Part shown: positions 52,476-64,000 of the stretch, in pieces | How positions within the stretch are numbered: position 1 is the first letter of the stretch | How the letters are laid out: each line of letters begins with the position of its first letter | NCBI GenBank assembly: GCA_964035545.1 | Contig: OZ037766.1 | Coordinates: 31,238,773-31,302,772, forward strand | DNA from: Bugula neritina | Taxonomy: Eukaryota > Animalia > Bryozoa | Reading direction: 5' to 3' | Length of the DNA stretch: 64,000 nucleotides | The notes under the pieces: model-generated | The model's input: only the letters and a program-made list of their open reading frames with translations | The model's database searches: none | Told to the model about the DNA's origin: nothing | Position numbers and translations under genes: made by a program

Positions 52476-55017
52476 AGTCATCTCCGATTTGTCTTGCTCT
52501 AATAGCAAGAAGAACACTATTCATATTATGGCAGACTGAAAGCACCACATTATGTTCTATCACAGATTATGCAATAGTCATACCTAAAATGTTTTATTAT
52601 ACACATTTCTAATGTTTTTTATAATAAAATTTGCTATAATTTGTAAACTTACACTTGATATTACCATCACATTCTACTATTGTTGCATTAATTACCTGAA
52701 TGTATACTCTTAATCTTTAGAAAATTTGTGATGCTATTTAATTCACTCAATCATGCAAACTGTTTTACATATATTTACATTTAGTTTGGTTTCAATTAAA
52801 GATAATAAAGATGTTTATATTTTAAACTTACCTAGTTTTGAACTATTTAATACTAATAATTGTAGCATCTGATTTTATAATGAGAATTAAATTACGAATA
52901 CATGCATAAAAAACAAGTTGTATAATCTATAAGCTAAATTAAGTGTTTTATACACGCTGATAAGTCTCAGTAAACAACTTCACAAGTAAAGCCTATGCAC
53001 TTGAGCAACCTCTATCCTGTCAAGACAAAACATTTTGTTGTAGAAAAATGCCTCGTTGATAAAGAAAATTATAAGTCCTAATTTCTCGCAGGCAGTTACA
53101 CTATATAGTAAAGAAGACATTGATTAAGAATGACATATGACACCGGCTTCCCATATGAATCGATCTCCGTGGAAAGACATCAAAGATCGATCTTCATCGA
53201 TCTGAGCTGGTCGGTCTGTAAAGCTCGAACTCAGATCGATCTTAAGATGATGTAGTTTGAATATGCTTTTCATTGCATATTTGCAGTATATTATGTAAAC
53301 CATGCAGTATAATATGTATGTGTAGTATGCATTTAGAATTGTTTTACTGTAACTGTATTGCAAACAGGCAGGTGTTGTTAAAAATTTAAAATATCACGAG
53401 ATGGTCATACTATTGATACACATCAAAATAATATTGACCATGTAGTTATATATACCAAGTCAGTGAGTGCTTTGCCTTCTATTAAGTGTATACCTCTGAT
53501 TTTTATTAGTCATTCAAATTTCCCCAATTGTAACGCTCGTAACTCTTATGCAATCGATCAATATTATATAGTCACATTATGGCGATGCTAATAGTTCAAT
53601 TGATTTCCTAATACAGGTAAGTCAAGATTAATTATATTAGTTGCAGATTTAACTTAAAAAGTAAGCTAACCAAATAATCATATATAATTATGTGATAGGG
53701 GCATGAACACTATTTACAAAAACTGGTATTCTTTTTTTAAAGTTAGACTATTGCAAATGACTTGCTATAAATCCCGCACTTACACAGTCAAAATATACTA
53801 TATATATGTTCCTAGTTCACAGTAATTTTGAGTTCATTACAAGTGTAATATTCTAATGGTTCTACAAAAAGCTTCGAGTTGAGGGTAAATGAATGCAGTA
53901 GTTTGGGGCTCTCAAGTTTGGAGTTAGAGGTTTAATGGAACCATGAACTTCAAACTTGAGAATCCATTTGTAATTTTCATAAATATTTTGTGAGCCACTT
54001 AGTTTCAGATCCTTCAAGTTGTAGTGATGAAACCTTGAAACGACTACTTGACCATTCTCCTACCTACTATACTATTGAATAGCGTAGTTAGTAAATTTGT
54101 TTGAAATCTTTCAAAGCTCTACTATATTGAAGCACCACATATAGTTGTCTTGCATGCTTATTCCAAACTTGTCATATAAAGTACAGCATAATCTAGAACT
54201 CACCTTTCAGAGAAAAGCTCAATTAATCCATCTCCGTGATTTATGCCTGATTCTAGCTACTAGTACAACTTGGTGTAAGGTTGTAGATGGTGTGGTATAC
54301 CAGAATTCAATAGCTGCACTTGTAGCTATGTCACAGTTGACACAAAACATGTTTTGATTTTAAAAATTAACAAGCTGAATTTTGAAGTCAAGCAAAAGGC
54401 TGTAGGCGCTGCTTCATTGCTATGTTTTGTAACAATTTGAAATCGGTTTATAACTTGATTAAAATCTGAAAGCCCTTTAAAATATAGTTCACGGTTTTCA
54501 TAATGGTTTATAAGCACAGTACACCGAGACACAACCTACAAAATCAAGTATCACAAGAAAAAGAAAAATAGTACTGGATAATTTTACATATATAATCTGT
54601 CAATGTTATAAGGCTCCAGTTGTTAAATATAAAAGCTGCTATTGGTTTACACTAAGTTAAGTGCATTTTATTTTCCATTTGACATTTTTCCAGCAATATC
54701 AACATATAGAATAAACAGTTTGGGTGTGTTGCTATCAAAGTTGTATAAAAGGAAGATTGTTAACACCTGTTTTTTGTTTTCAATAGAAATCACCTAAATG
54801 CTGTGTTCATTATGAAAGTGTTATGCTTGCTATAAACAGTTACAAAACGCATTAACCGTCTCCTAGCTACTCATAAACAATAACAAACAATAACACAAAC
54901 TGTTTTATGCAATCTTTTCATCATTACCAGTTGACATTGATTTTGCTACAGGATTAAACTACTAGATTAAACTGGTAAAAACTGGAAAGTGAAAACTATG
55001 AGAATAAAGAAAGTTAT

Positions 55018-55180
55018 CGCTGCGTTTCCATTATCGCATTATGCGAATGGACTTTTTCATTCGGCTGATGGAAACAGTTACATCGAATGAAACCGCAACT
55101 AAAAGTTAATGCAAACCACAAACCACAAATAATCCGTACGGGAATTCATTCGCATTATGCGCAGTCATGGAAACGCAGTG
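55018..55180. mobile_element. Small MITE, Harbinger-like (163 bp)
   Basis: TIRs cgctgcgtttccat and atggaaacgcagtg (13 of 14 match), 3-bp flanking duplication tat/tat, internal repeat tcgcattatgcg present twice. Confidence 0.75.
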
Positions 55181-55539
55181 TATATGTTCAGATTACCCAT
55201 AAGTAAACACTAACATCAGTCTCCATAATAGGTTTATTAATCCAGTTTTGTGTCATATGTGTGCCATATTCTGGAAAAATCTAACAGCTAATGATGACAA
55301 CATTCAAACTACATGCAGTTGATCGTACTTTGTCAAAATTTTTTGAGTTTACAGCTTGTGTCTTTAAATAGCATAATTTCCGTTTCTGCAGCATTTCCCA
55401 TAATTAAGTAATGATATGGCATACAATGGTTTGTGTGTACAGTTTACTATTAAAATGTTTTCTTTTTTAAGATGCCAAGTTCCACTCCAAAATTTTCTGT
55501 TTTAAATGAACAAACCATGTCAGAGGGTTCAGTGGTGAA

Positions 55540-56928
55540 ATGGCTGGAACTGCAGAACAACACCAAATCGTAAGTTATGACAACTTCACATTATAGTTAT
55601 TATAAAAAGTATTAACAAGCTTGATTATAACTGATAAACAACTAATCGTTTATAAACTCTCTCTTGGTAATTTGATAACTAAAAACTTGCAGCTCAACTT
55701 TTTGGAAGTTTCTCTCTTGGTTTCTTTGAATTGAGTATAATATTGATTCTGTTTGCAAATATAAATTTATATAATCTTATTTCTAAAAACTATTTGCTAA
55801 AACAATGTTACTTTGAAATGTGCAAGAATATTTTGAACAAAAATATGTAATAAAAAATGCCTTAGCACAAAATTTAATATATGACCTATTTAAAAATATC
55901 TCCCAATGGTAATCAATTTTTGCACTTTTAATCATAGATAAATAATTTTCAGTAGCTTTTATAAGAAAAGTGATTTTGCCTAATGTTTTGTTGTACCCTT
56001 TATAGAAGGCATAAGTTGTGCAAAAGATATGAGTATTGTGAGATTTAATGAGATGGTAGAAAGCAACTGCATTATATGCACATATTATGTATGTTTAAAT
56101 TATACCAAAATCAATACATGTTCTGGCATCTTTGTCTTGACGTTGTAAATTACTTATTAATCTTAAATTGTATGAAGAGTATAGATCATGAATAAATAAT
56201 TCTTCATCTTCTAAATAATAAACGTGCCAAAAACAAAAAATAAGAAAATGCAACAGTTCAACAAGAGACCTCCAATATTCCAATCCTAAAAATATCCCAC
56301 ATTTTAAAATAAGGCAACACTGTTCTCATAATTTCTTTGTAGAGTGAAAATCAACACCAAACAGACAGACAAACTTATCCAAAGTCACAGAATTGCGGCT
56401 ATGAGGATTCAAAGGTATACAGGCGTATCTTTAGACTATCTCTTTTTAAATAAAAGGCTGGCAAGTTAACGTTTTTTTTTTAAAAAAGCATTGCTCTATG
56501 ATTTGGTAATGAAAAATGGAAGTATTAACTCATAACTTCAATTTCTATACTTTTATCTATTCAACTTTTGCATTTTTTTTAGTATTTAACTAAATGAGAA
56601 AAAGGTTTTGGAGTGATTATTCAAATTCTCAAATAGGCCTATTATGTGTTTATGCTTTTAGCTGTAAAGCCTGACATTAAAAATATTGGTAGGATATAGA
56701 ACAGAATGAGTTATAAAAACCATGACGAGCTGTTTACATGAATATAGAAAGGGTAAGGAAAAGCAATCAGCAATTTCATTGTTGGTATAAATATTTCAAT
56801 TGGTTTAGAAAGAATCGGGGTTCTGTGATGACTCGAACACAAGTCAATCAGACTCAGTTCTGTCTTCTACTAGTAGCCAATTCAGTACTGGAAGCACAGG
56901 AGATGAGGTTAGTATACATGAAATACAT

Positions 56929-57002
<74 letters not shown>

Positions 57003-60000
57003 CTAAAACATAAAATAATATCAAAAATATTAGTGTGTGAAATTAATTAGTTTCATATTCAGTTGTTACGAAATGCTATTTTCTTATAAGGAATTTACTT
57101 ATAAGAATTATACATCAGCCCTAGATTTATAACACTGACCGGTAGCAGAAACCAATAAATCTGTTATCTTTTTAATGCTAATTTAAAACACATGAAATTT
57201 GTTAAACAATAGCAATTAGTTTGTAAAGTTGATCTATACTAATAGTTTCCTATCATATAGAAAGTCAGCAAAATATAACTTATTTAACTATAGCTCCATT
57301 CAAAGTCTAATTAGTTTTATTATATGCTGTTATTAGGTAAATAATAGCAATTATTTTTTTCAAAAATTACTTTTTGATATGCCGTAGCTAACAATATAGG
57401 CAATTGAAGTAAAAACAATAATTCAACTGAGGTTTTTATAATTCAGATTCAATATCTACTGTATATATAGGTAGTAATTGAAAACATCAAAACATGTATA
57501 CGTCAATACCTACTGTAAGATTTAAAAAATATAAATTCCTGTTAAGACCATAAAATTCGTCTGGTATAACTTAGTTATATGCGCGTGTCTGTCATTTTAT
57601 TGTGCTTATATATACTCACATAGGAAGACTCTGGTTTCCCATTACAAACTCAATGGAGTAACTCCCTGCAATCAGTTTCAACAAATGGAGATGCAGCTAC
57701 CGAGAAGTCTGTTGCTGCCAGGGCTAGTGATGTCAGCAACAGCATTGAGTCAGAAGATGAGATAGCAACAGCTGCTGAGATGTCTGCTGTTGCTGTTAGG
57801 GCTAGTGATGAGTCAGAAGATGTCAGCAACAGCAATGAGTCAGAAGATGCATTTTCTATAGATGGTGACTCTGTGGACAATGACGTTGGTGAGGTCAACA
57901 CTCAGGTAATTAAAGAGATATTGACTTTGGTAAACTCAGATGACATGAAAATACTTTACACTGTGATATATTTTGTTTAGACTTGATATACTTGATTTGT
58001 GCAAAAAATATGTTATAATTTAATGTAATAATATGTATAAGCATCTAGATCAAGTTGTCAATAGCCTTTATATTTTGCTTTATTTTTTGTAAGAAGCTGT
58101 AAAGCAGTTCATTCAATAAAACTTTAGTTATTGATCAGAAAGTATATGATTCCTCAAAAATATTGTTCTATTAAGTGTTTTAACTACATGTGACTTTTAT
58201 TCATAAACTGCTTCCCAGGAAGCTGAAGGTGCTGCTGTAAGACATAGCAATGCTGATAGTCAAGAAGATAAAAACATAGAGTCTGCCCGTATAAGAAATG
58301 CCCCAGAGTCTTATAGAAATCAATCATTTGGCTTTGAGTATCTGTTAATCAGTGGTCTATATGTAGTGATGAAATTGAGAATCTGGTTATAATAGAAAAG
58401 AAATTAAGCTCGAGTCTTTTAAACACCAATATGAGGCTTTCCTCAACGAGCAATGAAAACAAAATAGTAAACTTTAACTTTGTTTTAGGAAAAAACATCA
58501 GATTCAAATACACATGCAATTTTATAAAATTTTCCAGCTCAATTGTGGGTTGAAATAAGGTTGGTTATATTAATTACTTAAAAAGTTATCAAGTATATGC
58601 ATGAGCACATTTCTAAGGATAAATATTTGTGTTTTAGAAATTCATTGATCCTGGAACCAAGTCAGTAAAGCCGCAATTTGGTCAAAAGATTTTCTTGGAT
58701 AAGCAACTTAGTAATACAGGACACGGCAAGAAAGCACCTTACGAAGAACTCTTAAAAGTAGTTATATGACTGATTTTTTATATTGTATCATATTATAATT
58801 TATGTATACAAAACATTTATCAAATATGACTCATTAGTAAGTATAGGTCAGTATATTCATTTCAAAAATGCAATGGTAATTGGTATTTATCAAAACTTTC
58901 CTTAAATGAAACTAACAAACTTTAAAAACAAATTTACCTCAATAAGTAAGTTTGTAGGAGTTTAACATCTATGACATGTTGCAAGAAACTATTTTGTGTA
59001 ACATATGTAAATATAATGTATGTTGTAGCAGTTCATACAGGGATTGTGTTTATTGAATGAAAAAGAGAATACAATTCTAGGCGGAAAGAAAATTGCTTTA
59101 AGCAAATTAAACTCGGTACGTGTTACAAGGAATTATTGATAAGTTGCCATCTTCTCATACTTATTTAAAAAGAAGTCAATTTTTAGTGTCATAAACAGAT
59201 TAATGAAAAGCTGGTGTAATAGTGAAAAGTTTACTTATTTGTACCAGATTGTGAGCCAGATGTTGTTGAAAGGGACGAAGATGATCTTAGGGCACGATGA
59301 AATGCTTACAAAAGAGCTCGTTAACAGATACTTGCAGGTAAATTAGTTTGTGTTTCGACAAGCAAAAACTTTAAATATTCGAAATTCTTTATAAACAATA
59401 ATTTTTAAAACTGTGAGCTGGTTTTATGCACCATAACTGTAAACACATGCTGGTATTTTGTAGGCTCTAGAAGAGGAGATTGGTAAATTCTTGTTAGAGA
59501 ACACAAATACAGATGACACCATATTACGATCCAATGATGTGCACTCAGCAGGACAAAAAACAAAAGAAGCTACAACTGAGAATGATGATGATTATAGCCA
59601 CAAGAAAGTTGAGTGCAAGGAGACAGATTCTTCTACTGCTGGAAGTCATGAAACAAGTCATGCTACATCTACTGCAGGTAGTGCTTTTGAGAAAGGAAAG
59701 GAGGGTCTATCTGATGTAAGAAGAGACAAGGCAAGCTCTGCCCACCTAGCTGCTGATGTTTACAAGAAACAGAGGACTGGTTTATCTGAAACGAAGCAAG
59801 CAACTATTCGTGCAGCTGACAACCGTTCAACCAAGCAGGATGGTGAGACAAGTCCTAAACAAAGAATGGCTACTGATTGGGCCATGATAAGTGCAGATCT
59901 AGTTAAAAGAGATAAAACAGTTTCTTCACCAACTAACAGCTGTTCGTCTGCACAGGATAAGGAGGCAAGTTCTGTGGGTAAGACCAGTTGTGCTGATGAC

Positions 60001-61683
60001 AAACAGGATGCTAGTGTGGTTGGACTGGAAGAGACAGGATCCATTTCAGCTGCTTCTTACCCATCTGCACTGAGGAGAAAAACAAGCCCTGTTGAATTTC
60101 TTGCTAATGCTGACACAAAGGAATTAAGTTCTGGTTCAGTTAAACCTGGTAAAACACTTTTTTCAACTCAAGAAGTTTTACCCAGAGAAGAAGAAAAAAC
60201 GGCTTTTGGTAAAGATCAACTTTCTAGAGTCTTTAACAAAGATAAGACAATGGCTTTTGATAAAAGTATAAAAAGATTTGGTACAAAGCCGTCTGATGCT
60301 GATGCCCAAATGGAAACTGGAAACTCTGCCAACTTTCTCAAGGTACAGTGAATAAGAAAAATTTTAAGTTGACAGATCCTCATAAAACTTGAGATTATAA
60401 ATAGCCAACCTCTTTTTACAAATCAGCTTATATACATGATGCCATAACTTTATTTAGGATAACTAATAACTAGCCTAAACTTTAGACTAAAAGAATAAAA
60501 TAGAAAAGTAATCAAGTTGTTCAACTATGTAAGCTTTATCTCGTAAATCATACTCTGAATATAAAACTTGTATTATTTTGTAGAGTTTGATATCAGGATT
60601 TAGTCACTCATGTAAGTACACTATTACATAAAATCAATTTTGTTAATTTTTCTGGCTGTAGTTTCAACTTAATTAATCTTTAAATATATATTTGCTCCAA
60701 AATTTTATTGGAAAAATAGTAAATATTAAAACAAAATAAAATTGCATGATTTTGATATTCTTTTAGAAAATTCTTCTATATTTCTTAAGCTCTAACTTTT
60801 TCAGTTTATTTGCAGACATATTAGATCGCTCAGTCGGTTCCCAAAATCTCAATTCTGTTTACATGATGGTAAGTGTCGCACAACATGTGCTTTTATTTAC
60901 TTGGGATTTGAAATCCTAAAATGTAACTAACATAAAGCGATTTAAACTACTATGTATTAAAGTTAATAGTTTTGCTTTATGAGATTTGCTTGTGTTATGT
61001 TTTTTAAACACTCTTTGCAGCCCACAAATGGAAGCTACATAATGTGATAGTTGCTGGTGCAGCTGTGTACTTTTGGTGATAAATTCTTTAAATGAAGTTT
61101 ATTTAGTAAAATATTTATATTTAAATAGTATTTTGTTTTCATTTGGCAACTATTATGTACAAAAATTTAGTTTTGTTGTTTGTATTGGCTGTAGAGAAAC
61201 GCAAGAAATCTCAATCAAGAAGAAGATGTGGAGGATGAAGGTGGCGGTGGAGGGGAAGGTAGAGGTGGAGAGGGAGGGGGCAGAGAAGGTAGAGGTAGAG
61301 GGGGAGGGGAAGGAATACCAGATAATGAATATGAATTTCAGCCGAACGGTTTTCATGTTGTTGATGATGCACCACCCTTACCTGTTGAAGATGAGGGTGG
61401 AAGGGGAGAGGAAGGAATACCAGATGATGAACATGGGTTTCTGCAGTACAGTGTTCAAGTTGCTGATGATGCACCACCCTTACCTGTTGAAGATGAGGGT
61501 GGAAGGGGAGAGGAAGGAATACCAGATGATGAACATGAGTTTCTGCAGTACAGTGTTCAAGTTGCTGATGATGCACCACCCTTACCTGTAGAAGATGAAG
61601 ACGACCTCCATATAGATGATGCAATTGCAGGTGCCCAAATAGAGCAAGCAATGGATGACTATCAACCTGATCTCAACTTTTAA
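55540..61683 (+). CDS. Orphan low-complexity protein, copy B (paralogue of copy A; truncated or incipient pseudogene)
   Basis: Exons 55540-55569, 56343-56414, 56809-56907, 57624-57905 (or 57929), [58219-58466 degenerate], 58638-58757, 59248-59337, 59464-60342, 60584-60611, 60816-60868, 61195-61683. TAA at 61681-61683 replaces the CAA of copy A. The homologue of the last exon persists at ~61885-62107. Confidence 0.65.
56931..57001. repeat. (AT)n microsatellite
   Basis: ~35 perfect AT units in a copy B intron, absent from copy A. Confidence 0.99.
61309..61600 (+). repeat. Coding tandem repeat, 102-bp (34-aa) unit, ~3 copies
   Basis: gatgatgcaccaccctta at 61363, 61465 and 61567. The unit encodes DDAPPLPVEDEGGRGEEGIPDDEHxFLQYSVQVA. 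Confidence 0.92.
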
Positions 61684-64000
61684 ATCACACCCCTCTCCCA
61701 TGACATCAGGTTCTCCGAACTCGCAGAGCTAGGTATGTTGTAACTCGCAGAGCTAAGTATGTTGTAACTTGCTACTGAGAAAAAGTGTCAAAACAACTTG
61801 AATATTTAAACTAGTGAATGAATTTAGTATTTTAAAAAGCCCTGTTTAATTATAGATCTATAACATATATGTATATTTGTGCAGTCTGGTGTACAACCAC
61901 AACGTTCATAATGCAGACACCAACCATAGAATTACACTAAGAATGGCAGCTTTCAACCAGGGCTTTGCATCTGATGAAGTAGAGGTAGAAGAAGATGGAG
62001 GTGCTTCAACAGCAGGCAGAGAGACAGACGCTAGGGAGAGAGAGGATTACTCCACTCTGTCTTGCTCTAATAGCGGGAATAACACTATTCATATTATGGC
62101 AGACTGAAAGCACCACATTATGTTCTATATCGCAAATTTTATTCAATATAATGTAATACCTAAAATGCTTTATTATAATTATGCATTTCTAATGTCTTTT
62201 ATAGTAAAATTTGCTATTTGCATACGTACACTTGATATTCCCATCACATTCTACTTGTTGCATTAAGTACCTGAGTTTATGCTTTTAATATTTAATTTAG
62301 AAAATGTATATAATGCTGTTTAATTCACTCAATCATAAAAATTGTTTTGCATTTACTTATATTTGCATTTTAATAACACGTACAATAAAAATCTTTATTA
62401 TATTTTACATTTCAATAATTTTAAACCATATCATATAATAACAGATATAGTGCAGCATCTAATTTGGAAATGAGAATAGAATACAAAAACATGTATAAAA
62501 AAGAAGTAATGTAACTTATAAGCTAAAGTAATTTTTGCACAAAGTTAACTAAGTAAGCACTTTTAAAAGTAGAACTCATGCACTTTAGCAATCTCTATTT
62601 GGCCGAGACAAAACCTTTTGCTTGCTTTTACTGAATAATTTGCAAATTTCAGAAATGAATGCATAACTTTGTTAGCGAGTTGCATACTTTTTAATCATTC
62701 TATGAAAACACCTTATTGCATGGTGAGATTTAACAGATTTGAGGAGAAGTTTTTTTACTTTGTTGACAAGTTTATTTTAAGTGTTGAAATAAAGTTTTAT
62801 TGTTTTTAAAACATCTAAAATATTACACATATATTTATTTTTGTCATTTAAAAAACCACAAACTGTAAAAACTCAACCGTCATCATTCAAAAAAAATTTC
62901 ATTTGCTCCTAATTAAAATTTTGCATCAAGTGCGTGTCCACATAATTGCTGACTATGTGACACCTTACAATTAAAGTAACTTTATATGTTATTATGTATG
63001 AATGGCACTAAAGACTCAATAGTATTGTGTTTGATATTTGTCCATATAAAATATTAGATTAGCAACTTTTTAGCAAAGTCTTTTCCAGTATTGTCTTTTG
63101 CCAATAGTAAAATTTATTTTCCAGAAAAAAGTATATTTTACTAGTCACCTGTATTGTCAAAACAAATCATTTGAGAGGGTTTTCTTCTTAATGATTCTGA
63201 ATGGGCAGACAATTACCATCATACATGCTCATGCCCTATTTACACTCGTAGAGTGTTGTACAGTGCTCCTTTCGTATCCCACTAAGCTGGGGTCTCAAAA
63301 CCTCAATTCGTGACAAAGTAAAATACCAGATTTCACTAACAGAGCCATCAATACATTTGGCCCTTCTGTCCCCATAATATACACACATACATGCATAAGC
63401 CACAAAACAAGGGTTCAAGCCTTTTTCGTTATAACCTGTGGAATATCGTGAGATTGAAACTGTGAGATATGGAGAAAGTAGTCCACTATGTATATTATCT
63501 AGCTATTAGTAGTACAGGTAGTATAACTAAATACTAGCTGATAAAATGTAAATAGTGCTAAGATAACGCAGTTGAGTCAAATAAGTTGTCAACTCTATCA
63601 ATTTTTATCTTTTCTAAAATAGGGATATGTAGAAGACGTTAGAGCACCAAGACCAAAGCACACATAAGGCAATGCATTGGACTGTTTATATAGAAACACA
63701 GCGAATAGTTATGAGAAAATCTCTGAAATTATTGAATTTTCTGTTCAACTACTTCGAAAAAGCTATGAACTGTATGAAACATATAAGCACAGCTATGCCA
63801 GTAGATCAGGATGTAGATGTGGGGTAAAGTGAACAACTAGTTTAGAATAAGGACTACATAAGTCCAAACATGCATATATTAAATTTTACGGCTCAGCATT
63901 TTTTAGCTGGAAGCTAATTTATTAAAAATACTGTATTGGTAGTTTAATTTTGGAGTTGTGTCATTTTTTTTACAATTGATTGCAGTAAAACTTGAGCTTC

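Larger units (their letters stand above)
47680..62620 (+). repeat. Tandem segmental duplication: ~47680-53040 is homologous to ~56800-62620 (offset ~9.1-9.6 kb)
   Basis: Exons, most introns and 3' flanks align by eye, e.g. 48236-48420 with 57666-57850, 50001-50910 with 59464-60342, and 52040-52560 with 61630-62130. Confidence 0.93.

Noticed and set aside
53135-53250. GATCGATC-rich segment resembling a DNA-transposon end (similar one-ended fragments at ~12500-12560 and ~46688-46770)
   Set aside because: No partner TIR or TSD was found, so boundaries and identity cannot be supported.
56738-57013. ORF ending in poly-(YI)
   Set aside because: It is an alternative frame of orphan exon 3 running into the (AT)n microsatellite.
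61073-61651. Overlapping long ORFs in the +1 frame (M/K/V/E-rich) and on the minus strand (His/Leu-rich); similarly 51802-52050
   Set aside because: These are shadow frames expected from GAN/GGN-rich repetitive coding sequence. The phase of the upstream exon selects the acidic frame.

Overview
AT-rich, intron-rich eukaryotic DNA from an invertebrate animal. The taxon is inferred from the NR5B/HR39-type receptor and GT-AG spliced genes; the species cannot be determined. I reconstructed six spliced genes by hand, with reading-frame phase checked at the junctions. (1) Minus strand, 92-11025, running off the left edge: an HR39/NR5B-like nuclear receptor. (2) 21354-27049: a complete ASCC1 (KH + 2H-phosphoesterase), head-to-head with the receptor. 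(3) 29620-31803: a ~460-aa protein with no signal peptide and a His/Asp/Ser trypsin-fold triad (TVAHV...NDISVL...GDSGS) split across exons. (4) 33322-41095: a cyclic-nucleotide-gated channel alpha-like subunit with both classical cGMP-selectivity residues replaced. (5, 6) ~46.2-52.5 kb and ~55.5-62.1 kb: a tandem pair of fast-diverging Ser/acidic low-complexity orphan genes; the second copy is partly decayed and the pair shares a near-identical 3' tract. Non-coding content includes a hAT-type non-autonomous element with a perfect 8-bp TSD and a nested long-TIR element, two Harbinger-like MITEs, microsatellites and intronic hairpins. Tandem duplications or arrays sit on splice signals in five of the six genes. 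No rRNA, tRNA or CRISPR features were found. All homology calls come from motif recall, not database searches.
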